A stretch of DNA of 64,000 nucleotides, from NCBI GenBank assembly GCA_049317385.1, contig JBMOIJ010000001.1:468-64467 (forward strand). Direction: 5' to 3'. Source of the stretch: Acidimicrobiia bacterium. Lineage in GTDB: Bacteria > Actinomycetota > Acidimicrobiia > IMCC26256 > JBMOIJ01. Below, piece after piece: positions 46,328-54,365 of this stretch. Every line of letters begins with the position of its first letter. Within the stretch, counting starts at the first letter, position 1. The notes beneath the pieces are model-generated. The model had not been told where the DNA came from, did no database searches, and saw only the letters and a program-made list of their open reading frames with translations. Position numbers and translations under genes: made by a program.

Positions 46328-47911
46328 TCAGAGCGGAAGAATCAGCGTGGCCCGGCGAGCCAGTTCGAGCGCCGGTTCGGGCAGCACGCCCATCACCAAC
46401 GTGACCGTCGCGCACACGAACAGCACGGTGCCAGTGAGCACGTCGATGCGCGCCACCTGCTGCGTACGAGTGGCGACGGCAACACTGCCTGCGGACTCGT
46501 CGGATCCTTCGGCAGCCGTGAGATCGACATCGGAATCGCGCCCGGCCCACATGGTGACCACCACCCGGAGATAGGCGAACGCCGCGATCGCGGCCGAGAG
46601 CAGACCGACCAACACGATCGCGGTCCCCCAGCCCCCGGCCCGAGCCGCCGCACTGAACACGTCGAACTTCGCGATGAAGCCGCTGGTGAGCGGCACGCCG
46701 GCCTGCGCCAACAAGAAGAACGTGAGCAGTGCCGCCAACTGCGGCTCGCGGCCAGCCAACCCGCGATAGTCGTCGAGCAGATGGCCCGAGTCGTGGCGCG
46801 TTGCGATGAGCCCCACGACGGCGAACGAACCGACCACCATGAACGCGTACGCAATGAGGTAGAAGACGGCCGACGACACGCCCTCCTTCGACGCGGCCTG
46901 CACGCCAATGAGGATGAAACCGGCGTGCCCGATCGACGAGTACGCCAAGATGCGCTTCACGTCGGTCTGCACACACGAGGCGATTGCACCCACCAACACC
47001 GTGAGGGCCGACAGCCCCCACACGATGGGCCGCCAGTCCGCACTGAAGGAGAACAGCCCCGTGTAGAGCACCCGGATCAACGCCGCGAAACCAGCTGCCT
47101 TGGTGGCCGACGCCATGAACGCCGTGACCGGTGTGGGCGCACCGTCATAGACGTCGGGCGTCCACTGGTGGAACGGCACGGCCGCGATCTTGAACCCGAG
47201 TCCCACCACCAACATGGCGATGGCAAGCAGGGGAAGGTTGTTGCGCGCCACCACGTTCTGACTGAAGAACGACGCCATGCTCGACGGCCCGCCGACCAAT
47301 CGCGTGCTGCCAGTGGCGCCGTACATCAGTGCCACGCCGTACAAGAAGATGGCCGAACTGAACGCGCCGAGTACGAAGTACTTGAGACCCGCTTCTTGCG
47401 ACTTCACCCGGCGACGGTCCAACGCCGAGAGCACGTACAGCGGAATGGACAACACCTCGAGCGCCACGAACACGACGATGAGATCGTTCGCCGTGGCCAT
47501 GGCCAACATTCCGGTGACCGAGAAACACACCAACGCCACGAACTCGGGCGCCGGTAGTTCGACCCGGCGCAGGTACGGGCCGAGCAAGAGCAACACGAAA
47601 ACGAGCGCGATCACGACCACTCCACCGATCACGATGGAAAACCGGTCGAGTGCGATCATCCCCGAGAACGTGGTGAACCCACGCCGTCCGTTCACAACGC
47701 TGCGACCGTCGAGGTTGCGCCACTGCGCGTACAACAGTCCGCCGGCGACCACGGCGCCCACAAACCCTTCGACAATGGACAACGGCACCAGGAACGCACC
47801 GCGCCGCACGAGCGCCTTCGTCATGACCACCACCAACCCGGTGGCCGCCATCGCAATGACCGGCGCAAGCGCGATCCATTCGATGCCCGGCGTGGGTACC
47901 CCGCGACTCAT
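46328..47911 (-). CDS. nuoN: NADH-quinone oxidoreductase subunit N, copy 2
   Basis: A 527-aa polytopic ORF with ...AAVPFHQWTPDVYDGAPTPVTAFMA... It is the last gene of the 14-gene operon and overlaps the nuoM stop. Confidence 0.9.
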   Translation of the reverse strand: MSRGVPTPGIEWIALAPVIAMAATGLVVVMTKALVRRGAFLVPLSIVEGFVGAVVAGGLLYAQWRNLDGRSVVNGRRGFTTFSGMIALDRFSIVIGGVVVIALVFVLLLLGPYLRRVELPAPEFVALVCFSVTGMLAMATANDLIVVFVALEVLSIPLYVLSALDRRRVKSQEAGLKYFVLGAFSSAIFLYGVALMYGATGSTRLVGGPSSMASFFSQNVVARNNLPLLAIAMLVVGLGFKIAAVPFHQWTPDVYDGAPTPVTAFMASATKAAGFAALIRVLYTGLFSFSADWRPIVWGLSALTVLVGAIASCVQTDVKRILAYSSIGHAGFILIGVQAASKEGVSSAVFYLIAYAFMVVGSFAVVGLIATRHDSGHLLDDYRGLAGREPQLAALLTFFLLAQAGVPLTSGFIAKFDVFSAAARAGGWGTAIVLVGLLSAAIAAFAYLRVVVTMWAGRDSDVDLTAAEGSDESAGSVAVATRTQQVARIDVLTGTVLFVCATVTLVMGVLPEPALELARRATLILPL

Positions 47912-49479
47912 CGAACACTCGCTTTCGTTTCGGCCTTCGCCTTCGCTTCGCTCGTACCCGGTAGAAGGCGGGGCTTCGGCTCGCGGTAGTCGGTGGTGCG
48001 CTCGACGCGTTCGATGACGTTCTGCAACGACGGCTGCACCCGATCGAGCACTGGCTTCGGATAGAAGCCGAGGAACAGGCTGAGCGCCAACAGCGGAACC
48101 ACCGTGAGCAGCTCACGCGCCTTGATGTCGCGGATGCCCACATTCTCGCCTTCGGGCTCGCCGGTGAACGCTCGCTGGAACGCCCACAGCAAGTACACGG
48201 CCGCCAGGATCACCCCCGTGGTGGCCACCACTGCGATCCACCGGTTGGCCAAGAAGGTTCCGAGGAGCGCAAGGAACTCGCCGACGAAACCCGAGAGGCC
48301 GGGCAACCCAATGGACGCAAACATTGCAATCACGAACATTGCGCTGAACACCGGAATGGACTTCCAGAGCCCTCCGAAGTCGGCGATCTTGCGAGTGTGT
48401 CGCCGCTCGTAGAGGATGCCGACGAGCAGGAACAACGCGCCGGTGGTGAGCCCGTGGCTCACCATGGTGAACACCCCACCGGCGAGACCCTGGCGCGTGA
48501 GCGCGAAGATTCCGATCATCACAAAGCCCAGGTGCGCGACCGACGAGTAGGCAATAAGGCGCTTCAAGTCGGGCTGCACGGCCGCCACGATGGCGCCGTA
48601 CACGATGCCGATGACACCGAGGACCAGCAACACCCACGCCAGGTCGACCGCCGCACCGGGGAAGAACCCGAGCGAGAAACGCAGGAATCCGTAGGTGCCC
48701 ATCTTCAAGAGCACGCCGGCCAAGATGACCGAGCCGGCCGTGGGGGCCTCGGTGTGAGCGTCGGGCAGCCACGTGTGCAGCGGGAACAGCGGCACCTTCA
48801 CCGCGAACGCAATGCCGAACGCGACGAACAACCATTTCGCCGTACCGGAGCTCAATCCCTTGGGCGCCCAATCACGCAACGCCTCGAAGCTGAACGTGAG
48901 TACACGCGTGTCGTTCCGATGCAGATATGCCAACACCAAGATGCCAACGAGCAGGAACGCCGAACCCGCCATGGTGAAGATGAAGAACTTCGTGGCGGCG
49001 TACACCTTGCGACCGTGCCCCCATCCGGCGATGAGGAAGTACATAGGCACGAGCACCAGCTCGAAGAACACGAAGAACATGATCAGGTCGAGCGACAGGA
49101 AGACGCCCATCACCGCACCTTCGAGCACCAGCATCCACACGAAGAACTGCTTGGTGCGCGGCTCGTTGAAACTGGCGAGCAACCCGATGGGGAAGAGCAG
49201 CGCGTTCAACACCACCATGAAGACACTGATGCCGTCGACGCCCAGGCGGTAATCGACACCCAGGTCCTGGAACCAGGTGTGCGTCTCGGTGAACTGGAAC
49301 CCGGCGGTGCGAGCGGAGAACTCGAACAGCAACCACGCCGCCAGGCCGAGCGTGGCCATGGAGAACGCGATGCCGAGCGCCCGCGCCAGGTCGGGGCGGC
49401 GGTCGCTGGTGCACAAGATGACGAGCGCGCCGACAATGGGCGTGAAGATCAGCACGCTGAGGATCGGGAAGCTGTTCAT
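47908..49479 (-). CDS. nuoM: NADH-quinone oxidoreductase subunit M, copy 2
   Basis: The track ORF of 1172 aa is trimmed to the ATG at 49477-49479, which overlaps the nuoL stop (ATGA). It reads MNSFPILSVLIFTPIVGALV...YRLGVDGISVFMVVL...PLHTWLPDAHTEAPT. Confidence 0.9.
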   Translation of the reverse strand: MNSFPILSVLIFTPIVGALVILCTSDRRPDLARALGIAFSMATLGLAAWLLFEFSARTAGFQFTETHTWFQDLGVDYRLGVDGISVFMVVLNALLFPIGLLASFNEPRTKQFFVWMLVLEGAVMGVFLSLDLIMFFVFFELVLVPMYFLIAGWGHGRKVYAATKFFIFTMAGSAFLLVGILVLAYLHRNDTRVLTFSFEALRDWAPKGLSSGTAKWLFVAFGIAFAVKVPLFPLHTWLPDAHTEAPTAGSVILAGVLLKMGTYGFLRFSLGFFPGAAVDLAWVLLVLGVIGIVYGAIVAAVQPDLKRLIAYSSVAHLGFVMIGIFALTRQGLAGGVFTMVSHGLTTGALFLLVGILYERRHTRKIADFGGLWKSIPVFSAMFVIAMFASIGLPGLSGFVGEFLALLGTFLANRWIAVVATTGVILAAVYLLWAFQRAFTGEPEGENVGIRDIKARELLTVVPLLALSLFLGFYPKPVLDRVQPSLQNVIERVERTTDYREPKPRLLPGTSEAKAKAETKASVR

Positions 49480-51536
49480 GCGACCCTCACGATCACGTAG
49501 ATGAGCAGGGCCACCAAGCCGGCCAAGATGCTGAGCGCGTAGTTGCGCACCAGGCCGGTTTGCACCCGCCGCAGCCCCACACCACCCAAGCGCACCACGT
49601 TCGCCGTGCCGTTGATGGCACCGTCGACGATGCGCTGATCGAAGACGTTGGCGAGAAAGTTGGCCACGGGTTGCGCCACGTGGTCCACCATCCACGCCAC
49701 GGCGGCGTTCACGTACCACGCGTTGGCGAGCACCGGCGCCAACGGGCCGAGCTTCTTCGGCAACGGGTCGTCTGCAGGAGTGGCGAACCCGCGACGGTAC
49801 AGGCCAACCGCGGCGAAGATCCCGACGAGGCCGAGCGCAACGGTGAGACACGCGAGCAGCACCGCGGGAAGTCCGGCCACTTCGATGACCGGTGCCGGGA
49901 TGGCCGGTTCGAGCCACTCGGCGAGGAACTCCCAGTGGTGGAAGGGCAACGAGAACAACCCGGCGAACATGGCGCCGATTGCCAGGATCACCAACGGAAT
50001 GGTCATCAGCGCCGGCGACTCGTGCGGCGCGTCGTGGTCGCCATGGCCGTGCGCTTCTTCGGCTGCGGGCGCGTCTGCTGCGTGCGTGTCGGTCGGCGCA
50101 GCAACCGGTTCGTCGTCCATACCGCCAGCGACGACCGGCACCACTTCCGGCGCCTGTTCCCAGCGCGCGTTTCCGAAGAAGACCATCCAGACCTGACGCG
50201 TCATGTAGAAGGCCGTGAGGATCGCGGCGGCCAGCCCCAAGAACCACAGCACCTTGCCGCCGGCCACGGTCTCGCTCGACCACACCTTGGCCAGGATCTC
50301 GTCCTTCGACCAGAAACCGGAGAACGGCGGCACGCCGGCAATGGCGAGCCAGCCCACGATGAACGTGGCCGCCGTGACCGGCATGAGCTTGCGCAGCGCA
50401 CCCATCCAGCGCATGTCCTGCTCGTCGAAATGCTTCTTGTGGGCGACCGAATGCATGCCGTGAATGACCGAGCCGGCACCCAGGAAGAGCAACGCCTTGA
50501 AGAACGCGTGCGTGACCACATGGAAGATGCCGGCGCTGAACGCACCGACACCGACCGCCAAGAAGCAGTACCCGAGCTGGCTGATGGTGGAGTACGCAAG
50601 CACGCGCTTGATGTCGGTTTGCACCAGCGCCACCGTGGCCGCGTACAACGCCGTGCCCACGCCGACCCACGCCACCACGTCGTCGGCGTATCCACTGCCC
50701 ACGAGGAACGGCCACGCGCGACACATGAGGAACACGCCCGCCGTCACCATGGTGGCCGCGTGAATGAGCGCGGACACCGGCGTGGGACCTTCCATGGCGT
50801 CGGGCAACCAGATGTGCAGCGGGAACTGCGCGCTCTTCCCCATGGCGCCGACGAAGAGCAGGAGAGCGATCGCGGTACAGGTGCTGGCCGCAATGACCTT
50901 CCCGGCCGTGGGCATCGAGGTGTACGACAACGACCCGTAGGTGGCGACGATCAGGAACATGCCGAGCATGAGGCCGAAGTCGCCGATGCGGTTGGTCACG
51001 AACGCCTTCTTGCCCGCCACTGCGGCCGAGTTCCGCTCGAACCAGAACGAGATGAGGAAGTAGGAGCAGAGACCCACTCCTTCCCAGCCCATGAACGTCA
51101 CGAGCAGGTTCTCGCCGAGCACCAGGATCAACATCGCCGCGACGAACAGGTTCAAGTACGCGAAGAACCGGCTGAACCGCGCGTCGCCGTGCATGTAGCC
51201 GATTGCGTAGATGTGAATCAGCGTGGCCACGAACGTGATGAACAGCACGAACGTGATGCTGAGTGGGTCGGCCAGGAAGGCGAAGTCGACCCGGAAGCTG
51301 CCCACCGGCATCCACTTCCACAACGTGCTGACGTGCGCCCGCTCTTCGACCGGGAGCGAGCGCAGCGCGAAGAACGCAACCGCACCCCAGACGAACGCCA
51401 GGCCGGTCATGAGCGTGGCGATCCAACCCGCGAGGGGCTCGCCGATCCGCTTGCCGAAGAAGAACAAGATGGTTGCGCCCAACAACGGGAGCGCAGGCAG
51501 CAACCAGATGGAATCAAGGATGCGTTCGGTTGTCAC
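49476..51536 (-). CDS. nuoL: NADH-quinone oxidoreductase subunit L, copy 2
   Basis: 686 aa with ...GWEGVGLCSYFLISFWFE... and ...FPLHIWLPDAMEGPTPVSALIHAATMV... Confidence 0.92.
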   Translation of the reverse strand: MTTERILDSIWLLPALPLLGATILFFFGKRIGEPLAGWIATLMTGLAFVWGAVAFFALRSLPVEERAHVSTLWKWMPVGSFRVDFAFLADPLSITFVLFITFVATLIHIYAIGYMHGDARFSRFFAYLNLFVAAMLILVLGENLLVTFMGWEGVGLCSYFLISFWFERNSAAVAGKKAFVTNRIGDFGLMLGMFLIVATYGSLSYTSMPTAGKVIAASTCTAIALLLFVGAMGKSAQFPLHIWLPDAMEGPTPVSALIHAATMVTAGVFLMCRAWPFLVGSGYADDVVAWVGVGTALYAATVALVQTDIKRVLAYSTISQLGYCFLAVGVGAFSAGIFHVVTHAFFKALLFLGAGSVIHGMHSVAHKKHFDEQDMRWMGALRKLMPVTAATFIVGWLAIAGVPPFSGFWSKDEILAKVWSSETVAGGKVLWFLGLAAAILTAFYMTRQVWMVFFGNARWEQAPEVVPVVAGGMDDEPVAAPTDTHAADAPAAEEAHGHGDHDAPHESPALMTIPLVILAIGAMFAGLFSLPFHHWEFLAEWLEPAIPAPVIEVAGLPAVLLACLTVALGLVGIFAAVGLYRRGFATPADDPLPKKLGPLAPVLANAWYVNAAVAWMVDHVAQPVANFLANVFDQRIVDGAINGTANVVRLGGVGLRRVQTGLVRNYALSILAGLVALLIYVIVRVA

Positions 51537-51857
51537 TCAGCCTCGCAGTAGGTCCACGTCGTCGGCGGTCGCACCACGGCGACGCCGGAAGACGGACACG
51601 ATCAACGCCAGCCCCACGGCCACCTCGGCCGCCGCCACCACCAGTACGAAGAACACGATGGCCTGACCGGAACGGTCATTGAGCTGACGGGCATACGTGA
51701 TGAACGTGAGGTTCACGGCGTTCAACATGAGCTCGACACACATGAACATCACGAGGATGTTGCGGCGGACCAGCAGGCCGACCGCACCGATGCTGAAGAG
51801 CACGGCCGCCACGACCAGGTACCACGCCGGGGTCGGGGTCCAAAGTGCGGCGAGCAT
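51537..51857 (-). CDS. nuoK: NADH-quinone oxidoreductase subunit K, copy 2
   Basis: Trimmed to the ATG at 51855-51857, a 1-nt overlap with the nuoJ TGA. It has ...[14 protein letters not shown]...AAAEVAVGLALIVSVFRR. Confidence 0.9.
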   Translation of the reverse strand: MLAALWTPTPAWYLVVAAVLFSIGAVGLLVRRNILVMFMCVELMLNAVNLTFITYARQLNDRSGQAIVFFVLVVAAAEVAVGLALIVSVFRRRRGATADDVDLLRG

Positions 51858-52495
51858 CACGCTTCCACCCCGCCTTTCACCTCTGCAACGGCATCCGCGT
51901 CGTCGGCGTCGTAGACCTCGGCCACCGGATCGCCAACGCTGCGCTTGGCCAAGATGACGGCGCCTACCACTGCGAGCGTGAGCAGCACGGCAGTGAGTTC
52001 GAGCACCCATGCGTAATCGGTGAACAGGGCCTCGGCGACGGTCTTGATGTTGCCGGGATCGCGGACGACGAGCGCAACCCCCTCGTTGGGCCCACCGCCG
52101 CCGCCCTCGATGGGCGTGCTGCCGAGTGCGCCGTTCGCGGAGGTGGCCCCAGTGGTCCAGTTGCCCGCCGCGAGCACCAGCACGAACACCAACGTGGTGA
52201 CGCCCAGCAACACGGCGGCAAACGTCTGCGGCCGGGCGATGTCGGCCACCGACTCACGGCGGTCGACGCCCAACAACATGATCACGAAGAGGAACAGCAC
52301 CACGATTGCGCTGGCGTAGACGATGACTTGCACCGCTGCGACCAATTGGGCGTCTTGTTGCAGGAAGAACACCGCCATGCCGATGAGCGCGCACACGAGT
52401 GACAACGCGCTGTGCACCGGGTTCGCCGCCAGGATGACGCCAAGCGCGCCTCCAATGACGATGAGCGTGGCGATGGAGAAGATGAAGAACGTCAT
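51857..52495 (-). CDS. nuoJ: NADH-quinone oxidoreductase subunit J, copy 2
   Basis: 212 aa, ND6-like: MTFFIFSIATLIVIGGALGVILAANPVHSALSLV... It sits between nuoI and nuoK. Confidence 0.85.
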   Translation of the reverse strand: MTFFIFSIATLIVIGGALGVILAANPVHSALSLVCALIGMAVFFLQQDAQLVAAVQVIVYASAIVVLFLFVIMLLGVDRRESVADIARPQTFAAVLLGVTTLVFVLVLAAGNWTTGATSANGALGSTPIEGGGGGPNEGVALVVRDPGNIKTVAEALFTDYAWVLELTAVLLTLAVVGAVILAKRSVGDPVAEVYDADDADAVAEVKGGVEA

Positions 52496-53145
52496 CAGTC
52501 TTCGTGTCCGTGGTGGATCTCGTCGACCATGTGCTCGACGCCTTCAGGGTTGGGCTCGTACGGACGCTGCGCCGGGTCGGGTTGACGCACCCCGAACCCG
52601 AGCTCACCCGACCAGTTCACGCGACCTTCGAAGGCTGCGTTTCCGCTCGGCGAGGTGGCGCGCATCCACTCACTGGCCTCGTCGTCTTCGTCACCGCGCC
52701 AGTACTCCCACGGGAGGCGCTGGGCGCGCCCGTCGTCGTCGACCACCAATTCGTTCTTGGTGTAGATGGCGTCCTGGCGATTCGTGAACGAGAACTCGAA
52801 CAGCTTCGTCTCGGTGATGGCCTCGGTAGGACACGCCTCGACGCACATGTCGCAGTGGATACAGCGCAGGTAGTTGATCTCGTAGACGAACCCGTAGCGC
52901 TCACCCGGCGACACCGGCGCGTCGGGCGGGTTGTCGGCGCCGCGCACGTAGATGCACTTGGCCGGACACACGCCTGCGCACAACTCGCAGCCGATGCACT
53001 TCTCCATCCCATCCTCGTAACGATTGAGGATGTGACGGCCGTGCTGACGTGGCGGCTTCGGGCGCTTGACCTTGGGGTAGTCAGTGGTGACCTTCGGCTC
53101 GAACATGGTGCCGAACGTGACCTTGAAACCCGAGAAGCGTCCCAT
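52495..53145 (-). CDS. nuoI: NADH-quinone oxidoreductase subunit I, copy 2 (C-terminal extension)
   Basis: Trimmed to the ATG at 53143-53145, which overlaps the nuoH stop (ATGA). It has CIGCELCAGVCP and CIHCDMCVEACP, and an extra acidic/His-rich tail of about 60 aa. Confidence 0.9.
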   Translation of the reverse strand: MGRFSGFKVTFGTMFEPKVTTDYPKVKRPKPPRQHGRHILNRYEDGMEKCIGCELCAGVCPAKCIYVRGADNPPDAPVSPGERYGFVYEINYLRCIHCDMCVEACPTEAITETKLFEFSFTNRQDAIYTKNELVVDDDGRAQRLPWEYWRGDEDDEASEWMRATSPSGNAAFEGRVNWSGELGFGVRQPDPAQRPYEPNPEGVEHMVDEIHHGHED

Positions 53146-54365
53146 CACGCCGCTCCGTGCAGCGATTCGAAGTCGTCGCGGGGCTCGTCGGCGCGCGGCA
53201 TGCAGAGCCGCAGGATGCCGAAGAGCGCAACCGCCCCGACCAGCGCGGCCGGCAGGACCAACCAGAGGTTCCAACGCTGGTCGTGACCGACGAGCACCAC
53301 GATGGTGAACAGCACTGCAAGGAATGCCACCTCGATGAGCACCTTCCAGCTCAACCGCATGAGCTGGTCGTACCGAAGGCGCGGCAGCGACGCGCGCACC
53401 CACACCGTGCAGAACAACAAGATGAGCAACTTCAGCGTGAACCAGAAGATGGGCATGAGCCAGGTGTTCACCACGTTCGAGGCCGAGACGCCTGGAAACT
53501 TGGGTCCGGCCGGACCGCCGAGGAACAACGTGACTGCGATGGCCGACATCGTGATGACGTTCATGAACTCGGCCAAGAAGAAGATGGCGAAGCGGATGCC
53601 CGTGTACTCGGTGTGGAACCCACCGACGAGTTCCTGTTCGGCTTCGACCAGGTCGAACGGCGGGTGGTTCGTCTCACCGATGGCCGCAATGATGAACAGC
53701 ACGAAGAACAGGAATAGCGGCACCACGTTCCAGTTGAGCATCGAGCCGATACCCGTCCACTTCTGGTCGGCCACGATCTTGCTCGTCTCGAGCGAGTTCG
53801 ACATGAACAGGACGCCCACGATCGACAGCCCGAGAATCGCTTCGTAGCTGAGCAGCTGCGCCGACGCGCGCACCGAACCGAGCAACGGGTACTTCGATCC
53901 GGAGCTCCATCCGGCGAGCATCACGCCGTACAGCCCGATACCGCTCATGGCCAGGAGCAACAACACGCCGATGGCGGGATCGGCCAGCTGGAGGCGCGTG
54001 CGCTCGCCAAACATCCAGACCGTGCCGCCGATGGGCACGATCGAGAACGCGATGAACGCCGGCATGATGGAGAGGTACGGCGCCAACCGGAACACCGACT
54101 CGTCGGCGGAATCCGGAATGGACTGCTCCTTGAAGAAGAGCTTGATGCCGTCGGCCAACGTCTGCAGCGCACCGAACGGGCCGGCGCGCTTGGGCCCCAC
54201 GCGGTTCTGCATCACGGCGATGACCTTGCGCATGAACCACACGTAGAACATGACGCCGACCAGCAGGACCGCGAAGACCACCACGGTCTTCACGATCACG
54301 ATGAGCAATGTGGTGGGATCGACTTGTCCGCCGGTGAAGAGCGGATCGATTGCGAGCGTGTTCAC
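53145..54365 (-). CDS. nuoH: NADH-quinone oxidoreductase subunit H, copy 2
   Basis: 406 aa with ...MQNRVGPKRAGPFGALQTLADGIKLF...EAEQELVGGFHTEYTGIRF... Confidence 0.92.
   Translation of the reverse strand: MNTLAIDPLFTGGQVDPTTLLIVIVKTVVVFAVLLVGVMFYVWFMRKVIAVMQNRVGPKRAGPFGALQTLADGIKLFFKEQSIPDSADESVFRLAPYLSIMPAFIAFSIVPIGGTVWMFGERTRLQLADPAIGVLLLLAMSGIGLYGVMLAGWSSGSKYPLLGSVRASAQLLSYEAILGLSIVGVLFMSNSLETSKIVADQKWTGIGSMLNWNVVPLFLFFVLFIIAAIGETNHPPFDLVEAEQELVGGFHTEYTGIRFAIFFLAEFMNVITMSAIAVTLFLGGPAGPKFPGVSASNVVNTWLMPIFWFTLKLLILLFCTVWVRASLPRLRYDQLMRLSWKVLIEVAFLAVLFTIVVLVGHDQRWNLWLVLPAALVGAVALFGILRLCMPRADEPRDDFESLHGAA

Noticed and set aside
47908-51426. 1172-aa track ORF that appears to fuse nuoM2 to a large N-terminal domain.
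   Set aside because: Upstream of the ATG at 49479 the frame runs out of frame through nuoL2 and gives an Arg/Gly-rich nonsense sequence. The ATGA overlap with the nuoL2 stop and the MNSFPILS... NuoM N-terminus define the true start.
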